In this document: positions 1 through 7,407 of the stretch, piece after piece | Position numbering within the stretch: position 1 is the first letter of the stretch | Layout of the letters: each line of letters begins with the position of its first letter | Source of the DNA: Bacteroidota bacterium | GTDB taxonomy: Bacteria; Bacteroidota; Bacteroidia; Flavobacteriales_F; PHOS-HE28 | Direction: 5' to 3' | NCBI GenBank assembly: GCA_963169595.1 | Contig: CAUJFM010000334.1 | Span: forward strand, 1 to 46,503 | DNA: 46,503 nucleotides | Made by a program: the position numbers and the translations under genes | The notes under the pieces: model-generated | Databases searched by the model: none | The model's input: only the letters and a program-made list of their open reading frames with translations | What the model was told of the DNA's origin: nothing

Positions 1-501
1 CTCGAAATGCCCGATGAGGCACTCGTAGTTGTTGCGCATGTCGATCACCAGCGCGCCTTCGGCCATCTTCCGGTTGAAGGTGGCCGCGTCGAGGTGCTGG
101 CCAACGTCGGTCACGTCGAAGGCATCATCGGCCAGTCCGTCGGCCACGATCTTCTGCTTCACCTTGAGGATGAGCTTGAGGAAGCTCCGGCCGTCATCTT
201 CCACCGCGATCTTCCACGGCACGTCGCGGAAGGCCTCGCGGCCGTCCAGGTTGGCCCGGAAGCGCTCCAGGTTGGCCGTGGGCACGCTCACCTGGGCGTT
301 GATGCCTTCCTGCGCGATGTAGATGCGGCCCAGCACACCCAGGGCCTCCCATTCCGCGTAGAGGGTATTCCGAAGTTCCTGCACTTCGGCGAGCCGCACA
401 TAGCGGTAGAAGGAGAGCGTGGTGCGGGGCACACCTTCGCGTTCCAGCCGGACCCGGAGCTCTTCCGGGCTGTGCAGGTTGCGAAGGCGGTGCGGGTCCA
501 T
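1..501 (-). CDS. trhO: tRNA uridine(34) hydroxylase / rhodanese-domain protein TrhO (YceA, UPF0176). Only the N-terminal 167 codons are present; the 3' part lies beyond the left window edge.
   Basis: This is my own minus-strand translation from the ATG at 501. It is absent from the ORF track because it runs off the edge. Sequence: [87 protein letters not shown]...[18 protein letters not shown]. The 'SFYRY...GRIYIAxEGINAQ' domain followed by the start of a rhodanese domain is typical of UPF0176/TrhO. Plus-strand ORF 7..558 is its antisense shadow. Confidence 0.8.
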   Translation of the reverse strand, partial: MDPHRLRNLHSPEELRVRLEREGVPRTTLSFYRYVRLAEVQELRNTLYAEWEALGVLGRIYIAQEGINAQVSVPTANLERFRANLDGREAFRDVPWKIAVEDDGRSFLKLILKVKQKIVADGLADDAFDVTDVGQHLDAATFNRKMAEGALVIDMRNNYECLIGHFE

Positions 502-505
502 GGGA

Positions 506-513
506 CGAAATTA
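506..513 (-). promoter_or_regulatory. Bacteroidota-type -7 promoter box (TAATTTCG on the minus strand) for trhO
   Basis: Plus-strand CGAAATTA equals minus-strand TAATTTCG, a near match to TAnnTTTG. Exactly 4 nt separate it from the trhO ATG (501). Confidence 0.4.
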
Positions 514-555
514 CGGCAGGGGTCTGTGGTGGAAGTGGGGGGAGGCTTCCCCGCA

Positions 556-563
556 TAGCTTTG
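556..563 (+). promoter_or_regulatory. Bacteroidota-type -7 promoter box (TAGCTTTG) for tdh
   Basis: Exact match to TAnnTTTG, 19 nt upstream of the tdh ATG (583), in the 81-nt divergent intergenic region. Confidence 0.45.
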
Positions 564-582
564 CCCGCTCGCATCCGCTTCG

Positions 583-1554
583 ATGACCACCACCACATCC
601 TCCGACACTTCCCGGCGCATCCTTGTTATCGGCTCCTCCGGCCAGATCGGTACCGAGCTCGTCGAAGGCCTCCGGGCCCGCTTTGGCAACGATAACGTCG
701 TGGCCTCCGATATCAAGGAGCCCCAAGTGAAGCAGGATGGTCCCTTCGTGCTGGTGGACGCCATGGACCGCCGGGGCATTGAACGCATCATCGACAAGCA
801 CGGCATCACCGAAGTGTACCTCCTGGCCGCCCTGCTCAGCGCCACCGCCGAGAAGGACCCCGCCTTCGCCTGGAAGCTCAATATGGAGAGCCTCTTCATC
901 GTGCTGGAACTGGCCCGGGAGGGGAAGGTGAAGAAGGTCTACTGGCCCAGCAGCATCGCGGTGTTCGGCCCCACCACGCCGAAGGACAGCACCCCGCAGC
1001 AGACGGTGACCGAGCCCACCACCGTCTACGGCATCAGCAAGCTGGCCGGTGAGGGCTGGTGCCAGTACTACCACAAGCGCTATGGGGTGGATGTCCGCAG
1101 CATCCGCTACCCCGGCCTCATCGGCTGGAAGAGCGCCCCGGGCGGGGGGACCACCGATTACGCGGTGCACATCTTCCACGAGGCCATCAAGCACGGGAAG
1201 TACACCAGTTTCCTGGGGCCGAAGAGCACCCTGCCCATGATGTATATGCCGGACGCCATCCGCGCCACCATCGACCTGATGGAGGCGCCCGCCGAACAGG
1301 TGAAACAACGCACCAGCTACAACCTGGCCGGGTTCAGCTTCGATCCGGAACAGATCGCCGCCGAGGTGCGCCGTCACCTCCCCGGCTTCACCATCGACTA
1401 CGCGCCGGACCACCGCCAGGCCATTGCCGACAGCTGGCCGCGCAGCATCGACGACAGCGCCGCCCGTGCCGACTGGGGCTGGAGGCCGCAGTACGACCTC
1501 AGCGCGATGGTGGACGACATGATGGTGAACCTGAAGCGGGAGCTGGTCGCCTGA
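583..1554 (+). CDS. tdh: L-threonine 3-dehydrogenase, short-chain (NAD-dependent epimerase/dehydratase fold) type
   Basis: ORF track, 323 aa. It has an N-terminal Rossmann motif (RILVIGSSGQIGTELV) and a catalytic YxxxK (TVYGISKLAGE). The overall sequence resembles the UDP-glucose-4-epimerase-like threonine dehydrogenases. Confidence 0.75.
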   Translation: MTTTTSSDTSRRILVIGSSGQIGTELVEGLRARFGNDNVVASDIKEPQVKQDGPFVLVDAMDRRGIERIIDKHGITEVYLLAALLSATAEKDPAFAWKLNMESLFIVLELAREGKVKKVYWPSSIAVFGPTTPKDSTPQQTVTEPTTVYGISKLAGEGWCQYYHKRYGVDVRSIRYPGLIGWKSAPGGGTTDYAVHIFHEAIKHGKYTSFLGPKSTLPMMYMPDAIRATIDLMEAPAEQVKQRTSYNLAGFSFDPEQIAAEVRRHLPGFTIDYAPDHRQAIADSWPRSIDDSAARADWGWRPQYDLSAMVDDMMVNLKRELVA

Positions 1555-1664
1555 ACCCGCTCGGTGCGGTAATGCCGGGGCGCCAAGCTGACCGGTATGT
1601 AACCCGGAGGCCGGTTCTTTCGTTCCGCGTGCGGAAAGTCACTTCTCAGCGAAGCGAACGAGCC

Positions 1665-2564
1665 ATGATGAGCCGATCCCTTGCCCTGACCATCACCATA
1701 CTCCTGTGCATGCTGGCCGCGATGGGTCCCACCTGGGCTCAGGCCAGCACCGACCAGGACACCCTGAACCGGGTGGACGACATGGGCCGCAAGCACGGTT
1801 ACTGGCGCTTCGTGGCCCCGTCCACGGAAAAGGCCGGCTATCCGGATGGTGCATTGGTGGAGGAGGGTCGCTACAACGGTGGCAAGCGCGTGGGCCTATG
1901 GCGCCGCTACTGGCCCAATGGCAAGGTGATGAGCGAGATCACCTACCAGATGGGCCGTCCCAAGGGCGCCTACACCACCTATTACCCCAGTGGCCGGTTG
2001 GAGGAGCAGGGCACCTGGGACCTGGACCGCAACACGGGCAAGTTCCAGCGCTGGCACCCCAATGGCCAGCTGGCCCAGGATTTCGTGTTCAACGCCTACG
2101 GGGTGCGCGATGGCGAGCAGAAGTACTTCCACGAGAACGGCAAGCTGGCCGTGCAGGTGAACATCGAGGAGGGCAAGGAGGATGGCACGTTGAAGCGCTA
2201 CACCACCGATGGACAGTTGCAGCAGGTGGCGGAGTTCAATGACGGGGTGGTGAACCCGGCCAACAGCCGCTACATCCGCTCAGTGCCGAAGGCGGATGAC
2301 GTGAAGGCCGACCCCAAGGCCGCCCCCGCACCGGCCGTGACCCCGGCCGAGACCACCAATGCCGTGGCCTTCCGCGAGAACGGGTTCAATACCCTCTATG
2401 ACCGCCAGTTGCGCATCTCCCAGCAGGGCGAGTTCGTGAACGGGCGGCTGTACGACGGCAAGCGGTACATCTACGACGCCAACGGCATCCTCTCGCGGAT
2501 CCAGGTCTACAAGGGCGGCCGCTATGCCGGCGATGCCGTGATCACCGACGAGGACCGGAAGTAG
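1665..2564 (+). CDS. Secreted MORN-variant repeat protein (YwqK-family-like)
   Basis: Track ORF 1059..2564 trimmed to the in-frame ATG at 1665. The new N-terminus is a signal peptide, MMSRSLALTITILLCMLAAMGPTWA|QAS. Repeated G(K/R)xxGxW/Y...NG units (GRKHGYWRF, GKRVGLWRRYWPNGK, GEQKYFHENGK, GTLKRYTTDGQ) are MORN-variant repeats. The upstream 200 codons overlap tdh in another frame. Confidence 0.75.
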   Translation: MMSRSLALTITILLCMLAAMGPTWAQASTDQDTLNRVDDMGRKHGYWRFVAPSTEKAGYPDGALVEEGRYNGGKRVGLWRRYWPNGKVMSEITYQMGRPKGAYTTYYPSGRLEEQGTWDLDRNTGKFQRWHPNGQLAQDFVFNAYGVRDGEQKYFHENGKLAVQVNIEEGKEDGTLKRYTTDGQLQQVAEFNDGVVNPANSRYIRSVPKADDVKADPKAAPAPAVTPAETTNAVAFRENGFNTLYDRQLRISQQGEFVNGRLYDGKRYIYDANGILSRIQVYKGGRYAGDAVITDEDRK

Positions 2565-2589
2565 GGACCGCCGCATCCCGCGCGCAGGC

Positions 2590-2597
2590 TACCTTCG
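2590..2597 (+). promoter_or_regulatory. -7 promoter box (TACCTTCG) for cysS
   Basis: TAnnTTCG variant, 18 nt upstream of the cysS ATG (2616). Confidence 0.4.
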
Positions 2598-2615
2598 CGG
2601 ACGTTCCCGAAGGCC

Positions 2616-4109
2616 ATGTCCCACGCGCAGAAAGGTCCACTCTACCTCACCAATACGCTTACCCGGAGGAAGGAGGAGTTCATCCCCCTTCGTCCCCCGC
2701 ACGTGGGCCTCTACGTCTGTGGTCCCACCGTGTACAGCGATGTGCACCTGGGCAACGTGCGCACCTTCACCACATTCGACCTGCTGTACCGCTGGCTGCG
2801 GCACCTGGGCTACACCGTGCGCTACGTGCGCAACATCACCGATGTGGGCCACCTGGTGGGCGATGTGGACGAGGGCGAGGACAAGATCGCCAAGCGCGCC
2901 CGGCTGGAGCAGTTGGAGCCGATGGAGATCGTGCAGAAGTACACCAACGGCTTCCACGATGTGATGCGGCTCTTCAACATCCTGCCGCCCAGCATCGAGC
3001 CCACGGCCACGGGCCACCTGATCGAGCAGATCGAGATGGTGAAGCGGATCATCGACGCGGGCTATGGCTACGAGGCCAACGGCAGCGTGTACTTCGACGT
3101 GCCGAAGTTCGCGGAGAAGCATGCCTACGGGGAGCTGAGCGGCCGAAGGATCGATGAGCTGCAGGCCAACACGCGCGACACCGAGGGGATGGACGAGAAG
3201 CGCAGTCCGCTCGACTTCGCCATCTGGAAGAAGGCCGATCCCACGCACCTGATGAAGTGGCCCAGCCCCTGGGGCGAAGGCTTCCCCGGCTGGCACCTGG
3301 AGTGCTCGGCCATGAGCACCAAGTACCTCGGGCAGACCTTCGACATCCACGGCGGGGGCATGGACCTGAAGTTCCCGCACCACGAGTGCGAGATCGCGCA
3401 GAGCGTCGCGGCCGACGGGCATGCTCCGGTGCGCTACTGGATGCACGGCAACATGCTCACCGTGAACGGCCGCAAGATGGCCAAGAGCGAGGGCAACGGC
3501 TTCACCCCGGAGGAGCTCATCACCGGCAACCACAAGCTACTGGAGAAGGGCTACAGCGCCATGACGGTGCGCTTCTTCATGCTGCAGTGCCACTATGCCA
3601 GCACGCTCGACTTCAGCAATGCCGCCCTGCAGGCCGCCGAGAAAGGGCTGGAGCGCCTGATGGCCGCCATGGACGTGCTGGACAAGCTGAAGCCTGCACC
3701 CGCTCCGGATGCCGCGCAGGACGAGGCGGTGAAGGCCCTGGCCCAGCGCTGCCACGAGGCGATGAACGACGACCTCAACTCGCCGGTACTGATCGCCGAG
3801 CTGTTCGAGGGCGTGCGCCTGATCAATTCGGCCAACGATGGCAAGGTGCTGCTCAGCGCGGCCGCCATCAGCGGTCTGCAGGAGCTCTTCCGCGCGATGG
3901 TCTTCGATGTGCTGGGTCTGAAGCGCGAGGCGCAGGCCGCTGCCGATGACAAGGCGCTGGACGGCCTCGTGCAGGTCTTCATCCAGATGCGCGCCGAGGC
4001 CAAGGCCCGCAAGGACTTCGCCACCAGCGACCGCATCCGCGACCAGCTTGCGGCCATGGGCATCGTGCTGAAGGACACCAAGGAAGGCACCACCTGGCAA
4101 CGCGCCTGA
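2616..4109 (+). CDS. cysS: Cysteine--tRNA ligase
   Basis: 497 aa. It has a class-I HIGH-type motif ([16 protein letters not shown]), the GWHLECSAM zinc/cysteine-binding region and a KMSKS-type loop (here KMAKS). It also has the C-terminal DALR-like anticodon-binding domain. Confidence 0.95.
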   Translation: MSHAQKGPLYLTNTLTRRKEEFIPLRPPHVGLYVCGPTVYSDVHLGNVRTFTTFDLLYRWLRHLGYTVRYVRNITDVGHLVGDVDEGEDKIAKRARLEQLEPMEIVQKYTNGFHDVMRLFNILPPSIEPTATGHLIEQIEMVKRIIDAGYGYEANGSVYFDVPKFAEKHAYGELSGRRIDELQANTRDTEGMDEKRSPLDFAIWKKADPTHLMKWPSPWGEGFPGWHLECSAMSTKYLGQTFDIHGGGMDLKFPHHECEIAQSVAADGHAPVRYWMHGNMLTVNGRKMAKSEGNGFTPEELITGNHKLLEKGYSAMTVRFFMLQCHYASTLDFSNAALQAAEKGLERLMAAMDVLDKLKPAPAPDAAQDEAVKALAQRCHEAMNDDLNSPVLIAELFEGVRLINSANDGKVLLSAAAISGLQELFRAMVFDVLGLKREAQAAADDKALDGLVQVFIQMRAEAKARKDFATSDRIRDQLAAMGIVLKDTKEGTTWQRA

Positions 4110-4111
4110 TC

Positions 4112-5128
4112 ATGAACCGGAACCGCTTCCTCCGCAGCCATCAGTGGCCTGCCTGCCTCCTTGTCGCACTGGCCTTCACGGCGTGCACCCCGGATGCGCC
4201 GGAGACCCCGCCGCCCACCACACCCGCGCTGCCCGAACTGCCGCCCACACCGGTGTTCAACGCCGATAGCGCTTACGCTTTCGTGCAGCGTCAGGTCGAC
4301 TTCGGACCGCGTGTGCCGGGCACGCCCGCGCACACGGCCTGTGCCGATTGGATGGTGGCCCGCCTGAAGGCCGCCGGGGCCGAGGTGATCGAGCAGACCG
4401 GCACGGTGACCGTGTACACCGGCCAGAAGCTGCCCCTGCGGAACCTCTTCGCACGCTGGGCGCCCGACCGCAAGGAGCGCATCCTGCTGCTCGCCCACTA
4501 CGACACGCGCCCGATGGCCGACAAGGACGATGAGCGCAAGAACCAGCCCATCGATGGCGCCAACGATGGGGGCAGCGGCGCGGGTGTGCTGTTGGAGATC
4601 GCCCGGCACCTGGCCGCGAAGGAGCATGGTCCGGGCGTGGACATCCTCTTCACCGATGTGGAGGACCACGGACAGCCCAGCGGGGCCATGACCTTGGACG
4701 ACAACAGCATCGATACCTGGGCGCTCGGTGCGCAGTACTTTGCCAAGAACCCGCCCGTGCCCGGCTACCAGGCGCGCTTCGGCATCCTGCTGGACATGGT
4801 GGGTGCGAAGGATGCGGTCTTCTACCGGGAGGCCATCAGCATGCAGTTCGCACCGGCCGTGGTGGCCAAGGTGTGGAAGACCGCGGCAGCGCTGGGGCAT
4901 GGCGAGCGCTTCGTGCAGGAGACGAAGTACTTCGTGGGTACGGATGACCATGTGCCCATCAACCGCACGTTGCGCATCCCCACCATCGACATCATCGAGT
5001 ACCACGAGGCCACCGGTGCCTTCCATCCGAGCTGGCACACCCACGATGACAACATGGCCGTGATCGACCGGGCCTCCCTGAACGCCGTGGGCTCCACCGT
5101 GCTGGAAGTGGTCTGGAAGGAGCGGTGA
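4112..5128 (+). CDS. Glutaminyl-peptide cyclotransferase (M28-fold, type II QC), lipoprotein
   Basis: 338 aa. Lipobox LVALAFTAC|TP. M28/QC metal-ligand pattern: LLLAHYDTRP...DGANDGGSGAGVLLEIARHL...ILFTDVEDHG. The start lies 2 nt after the cysS stop. Confidence 0.8.
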   Translation: MNRNRFLRSHQWPACLLVALAFTACTPDAPETPPPTTPALPELPPTPVFNADSAYAFVQRQVDFGPRVPGTPAHTACADWMVARLKAAGAEVIEQTGTVTVYTGQKLPLRNLFARWAPDRKERILLLAHYDTRPMADKDDERKNQPIDGANDGGSGAGVLLEIARHLAAKEHGPGVDILFTDVEDHGQPSGAMTLDDNSIDTWALGAQYFAKNPPVPGYQARFGILLDMVGAKDAVFYREAISMQFAPAVVAKVWKTAAALGHGERFVQETKYFVGTDDHVPINRTLRIPTIDIIEYHEATGAFHPSWHTHDDNMAVIDRASLNAVGSTVLEVVWKER

Positions 5129-5223
5129 GGGGCCTTGCGGGCTCAGCACTCCAAGGGAGGGGTGATCGTGTGGCACCGTGATGGGGCAGGCCGGGTAGCT
5201 TCACTCGACCTATCCACCGGAAC

Positions 5224-7299
5224 ATGAAGCACGCGTTACTCCTTCTGGCCGTCCTCCCGGCCATGGCACAAGGCCAGTCCCTGGTCTCCACATCGAACCA
5301 GAGCAGGACCGTCCTGCTGGAAGACTTCACGGGGATCCACTGCGGATACTGTCCGGAAGGACATGCCATCGCGGCCGCGCTGGAGGCCCAGCATGGCCCA
5401 CGCATCGCGGTGGTGGGCGTGCATGCCGGTCCCTATGCCACACCGGCCACGGGTGAGCCCGACTTCCGGACCACGGACGGTAACGCGATCGATAGCTACT
5501 TCACTATTGGTGGTTATCCCGCCGGTGTGATCAGCCGCCACCTGTTCAATGGTGCGGATGATCTGGGCCGCGGGGCCTGGGAGGGTGCGGTGAACGAGAT
5601 GCTCGCGCTTCCTTCACCGGTCAACCTCGGTGTGGCCAGTGCCTTCGATGCGGGCACCCGTGAACTGACCGTGACCGTCGAACTGCTGTACACCGCGGAC
5701 AGCCCGGCCGGTGAGGACTACATCAGCGTGCTGCTCACCGAGAACGGCATCGTCGGCCCCCAGACCGATTACGGACCATCGGGCAACCACACGGACTATG
5801 AGCACAACCATGTGCTGCGCACCTACATCACGCCCACCTGGGGTGAGGCCGTGGGCACCACCGCGCAGGGCACCTCGGTGATCCGTACCTACACCTTCAC
5901 CGTGCCCGAGGAGTGGAACGCCGCCAACTGCGATGTGGTGGCCTTCGTGAGCGAGGACCACAGCGATGTGTACCAGGTGCGTGAGGTGCCGGCCATCGGC
6001 GGTACCACCCTGGTCGTTGGCGAACTGGTGGGACCGGCCCTGACCCATGTGGCGGGAAGCAATGGCCAGAACACGGTGTTCAACAGCACCCTGACGAACG
6101 TGCTGGGTGGGGATGCCGACTATCAGGTCACGCTCACGAGTTATGGATCACCGGTGACCTGGGCGAGCTCCATGGTGGTCGACGGCACGCCCATCGCGAA
6201 CCCCGGAACCATTGCCGTGGCCGATGCCGCAACGGTGACCATTGCCGTGCAGGTGACCCCCGATGCCGCTCCGGGGATCGGCCGGTATGTGTTGAGCATC
6301 GCTTCCGTGAACGACCCGGGAGCGCCCGTGCTCGAGCAGGAGTTCAACGTGATCAGCGGCATCACCGACCTCATCGTGACCCACACCGGCGCGGAGCAGT
6401 GGGAGCAGCTGTACATCGATGGACTGGAGCAGGCCGGCAACCAGGCCTACGCCGCCACCTCCAAGGCCAAGTTCCTGCGTTTCGGAGCGGATGGTGCCCT
6501 TGGCGGCATCAACAACCTCTATGTCAACGTGAGCTGGACCTTCCCCTCGCTCACCGATGATGAAGTGGCCCTGCTGATCGCGCACATGGACGGCGGTGGG
6601 GATGTGATGATCGCCGGACAGGACATCGGTTGGGACCAGAGCGGTGCCACGGGGAGCTACGGCACGCCGGCCACACAGTCCTTCTACGCCTCGTACATGC
6701 ACGCCACCTTTGTGGCCGATGGCAGCAGCGCCAACAACCTGGTGAACTTCCTCGATGCGGACGCGGTGTTCGGCACGGTGCCCAACAGCACGGTGGCCAA
6801 CGTGTTCGCGAACAACACCTATCCGGAGGAGATCACGCCCATCGCACCCGCCGTCGGCATCCTGCACTACGGCACCAACGTGAACAAGATCGGGGCGCTG
6901 CGTTGCGACAACGGCACCTATAAGGTGGTCTACTTCGGCGTCGGTCCGGAGCAGATGAACAATGCCGCCGTGGGCCGTGCCATGGTGCAGCTCAGTCACG
7001 ACTGGTTCTATGGCGTGGTCAGCGTGGATGAACTGGACGGTCAGCTGGCGAACGCCTTGGGACAGGCTTATCCCGTGCCGGCCTCCGACCGCATCACCAT
7101 TCCGTTGAACGAGCTGACGGAAGCCGCCGAGCTGAACGTGTTCGATGCCAGTGGTCGTTGCATCCTGCGTCAGCGCGTGGGTGCGGGCGCCACGGTGATC
7201 GACATCGATGTGGCCGGCCTGGAGCCCGGCGTGTACCGTTATGCCCTGCGCTCCGTACAGGGCCTCGGCACCGCACGTGCGTTCCAAGTGATCCGCTAA
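5224..7299 (+). CDS. Omp28-related (thioredoxin-like CxxC) surface protein with a T9SS type-A C-terminal sorting domain
   Basis: 691 aa. Signal peptide MKHALLLLAVLPAMA|QGQ. The N-terminal 'VLLEDFTGIHCGYCPEGH' motif is typical of Omp28-related proteins. The C-terminal ~80 aa (ITIPLNELTEAAELNVFDASGRCILRQ...GVYRYALRS...FQVIR) has the T9SS CTD pattern. Confidence 0.75.
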   Translation: MKHALLLLAVLPAMAQGQSLVSTSNQSRTVLLEDFTGIHCGYCPEGHAIAAALEAQHGPRIAVVGVHAGPYATPATGEPDFRTTDGNAIDSYFTIGGYPAGVISRHLFNGADDLGRGAWEGAVNEMLALPSPVNLGVASAFDAGTRELTVTVELLYTADSPAGEDYISVLLTENGIVGPQTDYGPSGNHTDYEHNHVLRTYITPTWGEAVGTTAQGTSVIRTYTFTVPEEWNAANCDVVAFVSEDHSDVYQVREVPAIGGTTLVVGELVGPALTHVAGSNGQNTVFNSTLTNVLGGDADYQVTLTSYGSPVTWASSMVVDGTPIANPGTIAVADAATVTIAVQVTPDAAPGIGRYVLSIASVNDPGAPVLEQEFNVISGITDLIVTHTGAEQWEQLYIDGLEQAGNQAYAATSKAKFLRFGADGALGGINNLYVNVSWTFPSLTDDEVALLIAHMDGGGDVMIAGQDIGWDQSGATGSYGTPATQSFYASYMHATFVADGSSANNLVNFLDADAVFGTVPNSTVANVFANNTYPEEITPIAPAVGILHYGTNVNKIGALRCDNGTYKVVYFGVGPEQMNNAAVGRAMVQLSHDWFYGVVSVDELDGQLANALGQAYPVPASDRITIPLNELTEAAELNVFDASGRCILRQRVGAGATVIDIDVAGLEPGVYRYALRSVQGLGTARAFQVIR

Positions 7300-7320
7300 G
7301 CCTGCTGCCACCCGCGGCTG

Positions 7321-7364
7321 ACAGCCCCGCGCACCGCCTGCAAGGCCCTGGTGCGCGGGGCTGT
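7321..7364 (+). terminator. Hairpin terminator after the Omp28-like gene
   Basis: Perfect 14-bp stem: ACAGCCCCGCGCAC (7321-7334) pairs with GTGCGCGGGGCTGT (7351-7364), with a 16-nt loop. It is followed by TCCGTT (weak T tract). The GTG at 7351 that opens track ORF 7351..10263 lies inside the stem. Confidence 0.65.
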
Positions 7365-7395
7365 TCCGTTGGGGACCAAGGGGAGGGAGGCGCGC

Positions 7396-7403
7396 TACCT
7401 TCG
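7396..7403 (+). promoter_or_regulatory. -7 promoter box (TACCTTCG) for polA
   Basis: TAnnTTCG variant, exactly 4 nt upstream of the polA ATG (7408). Confidence 0.45.
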
Positions 7404-7407
7404 GCCC

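Noticed and set aside
1059-1664. A 5' extension of the YwqK-like ORF overlapping tdh in another frame, raising the possibility of a fusion or frameshift.
   Set aside because: The extension is Arg/Pro/Gly-rich nonsense that overlaps a well-supported tdh frame. A clean signal peptide starts at 1665.
1665-2564. The YwqK-family label suggested a toxin-antitoxin 'antitoxin'.
   Set aside because: The protein has a signal peptide and is exported. No toxin-like partner gene is adjacent. MORN-variant repeat proteins are common secreted proteins in Bacteroidota.
3593-5176. A 527-aa minus-strand ORF spanning the cysS 3' end and the glutaminyl cyclase gene. Similar long antisense ORFs are 511..1413(-), 6148..7311(-), 16161..17411(+), 22491..24095(-), 31013..32230(+) and 38211..39575(-).
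   Set aside because: Each lies opposite a gene with unmistakable family motifs (CysRS, RecJ, GdhA and so on). Their translations are Arg/Gly/Pro/His-rich low-information sequences. Stop-free antisense frames are expected in DNA with G/C-rich third codon positions.
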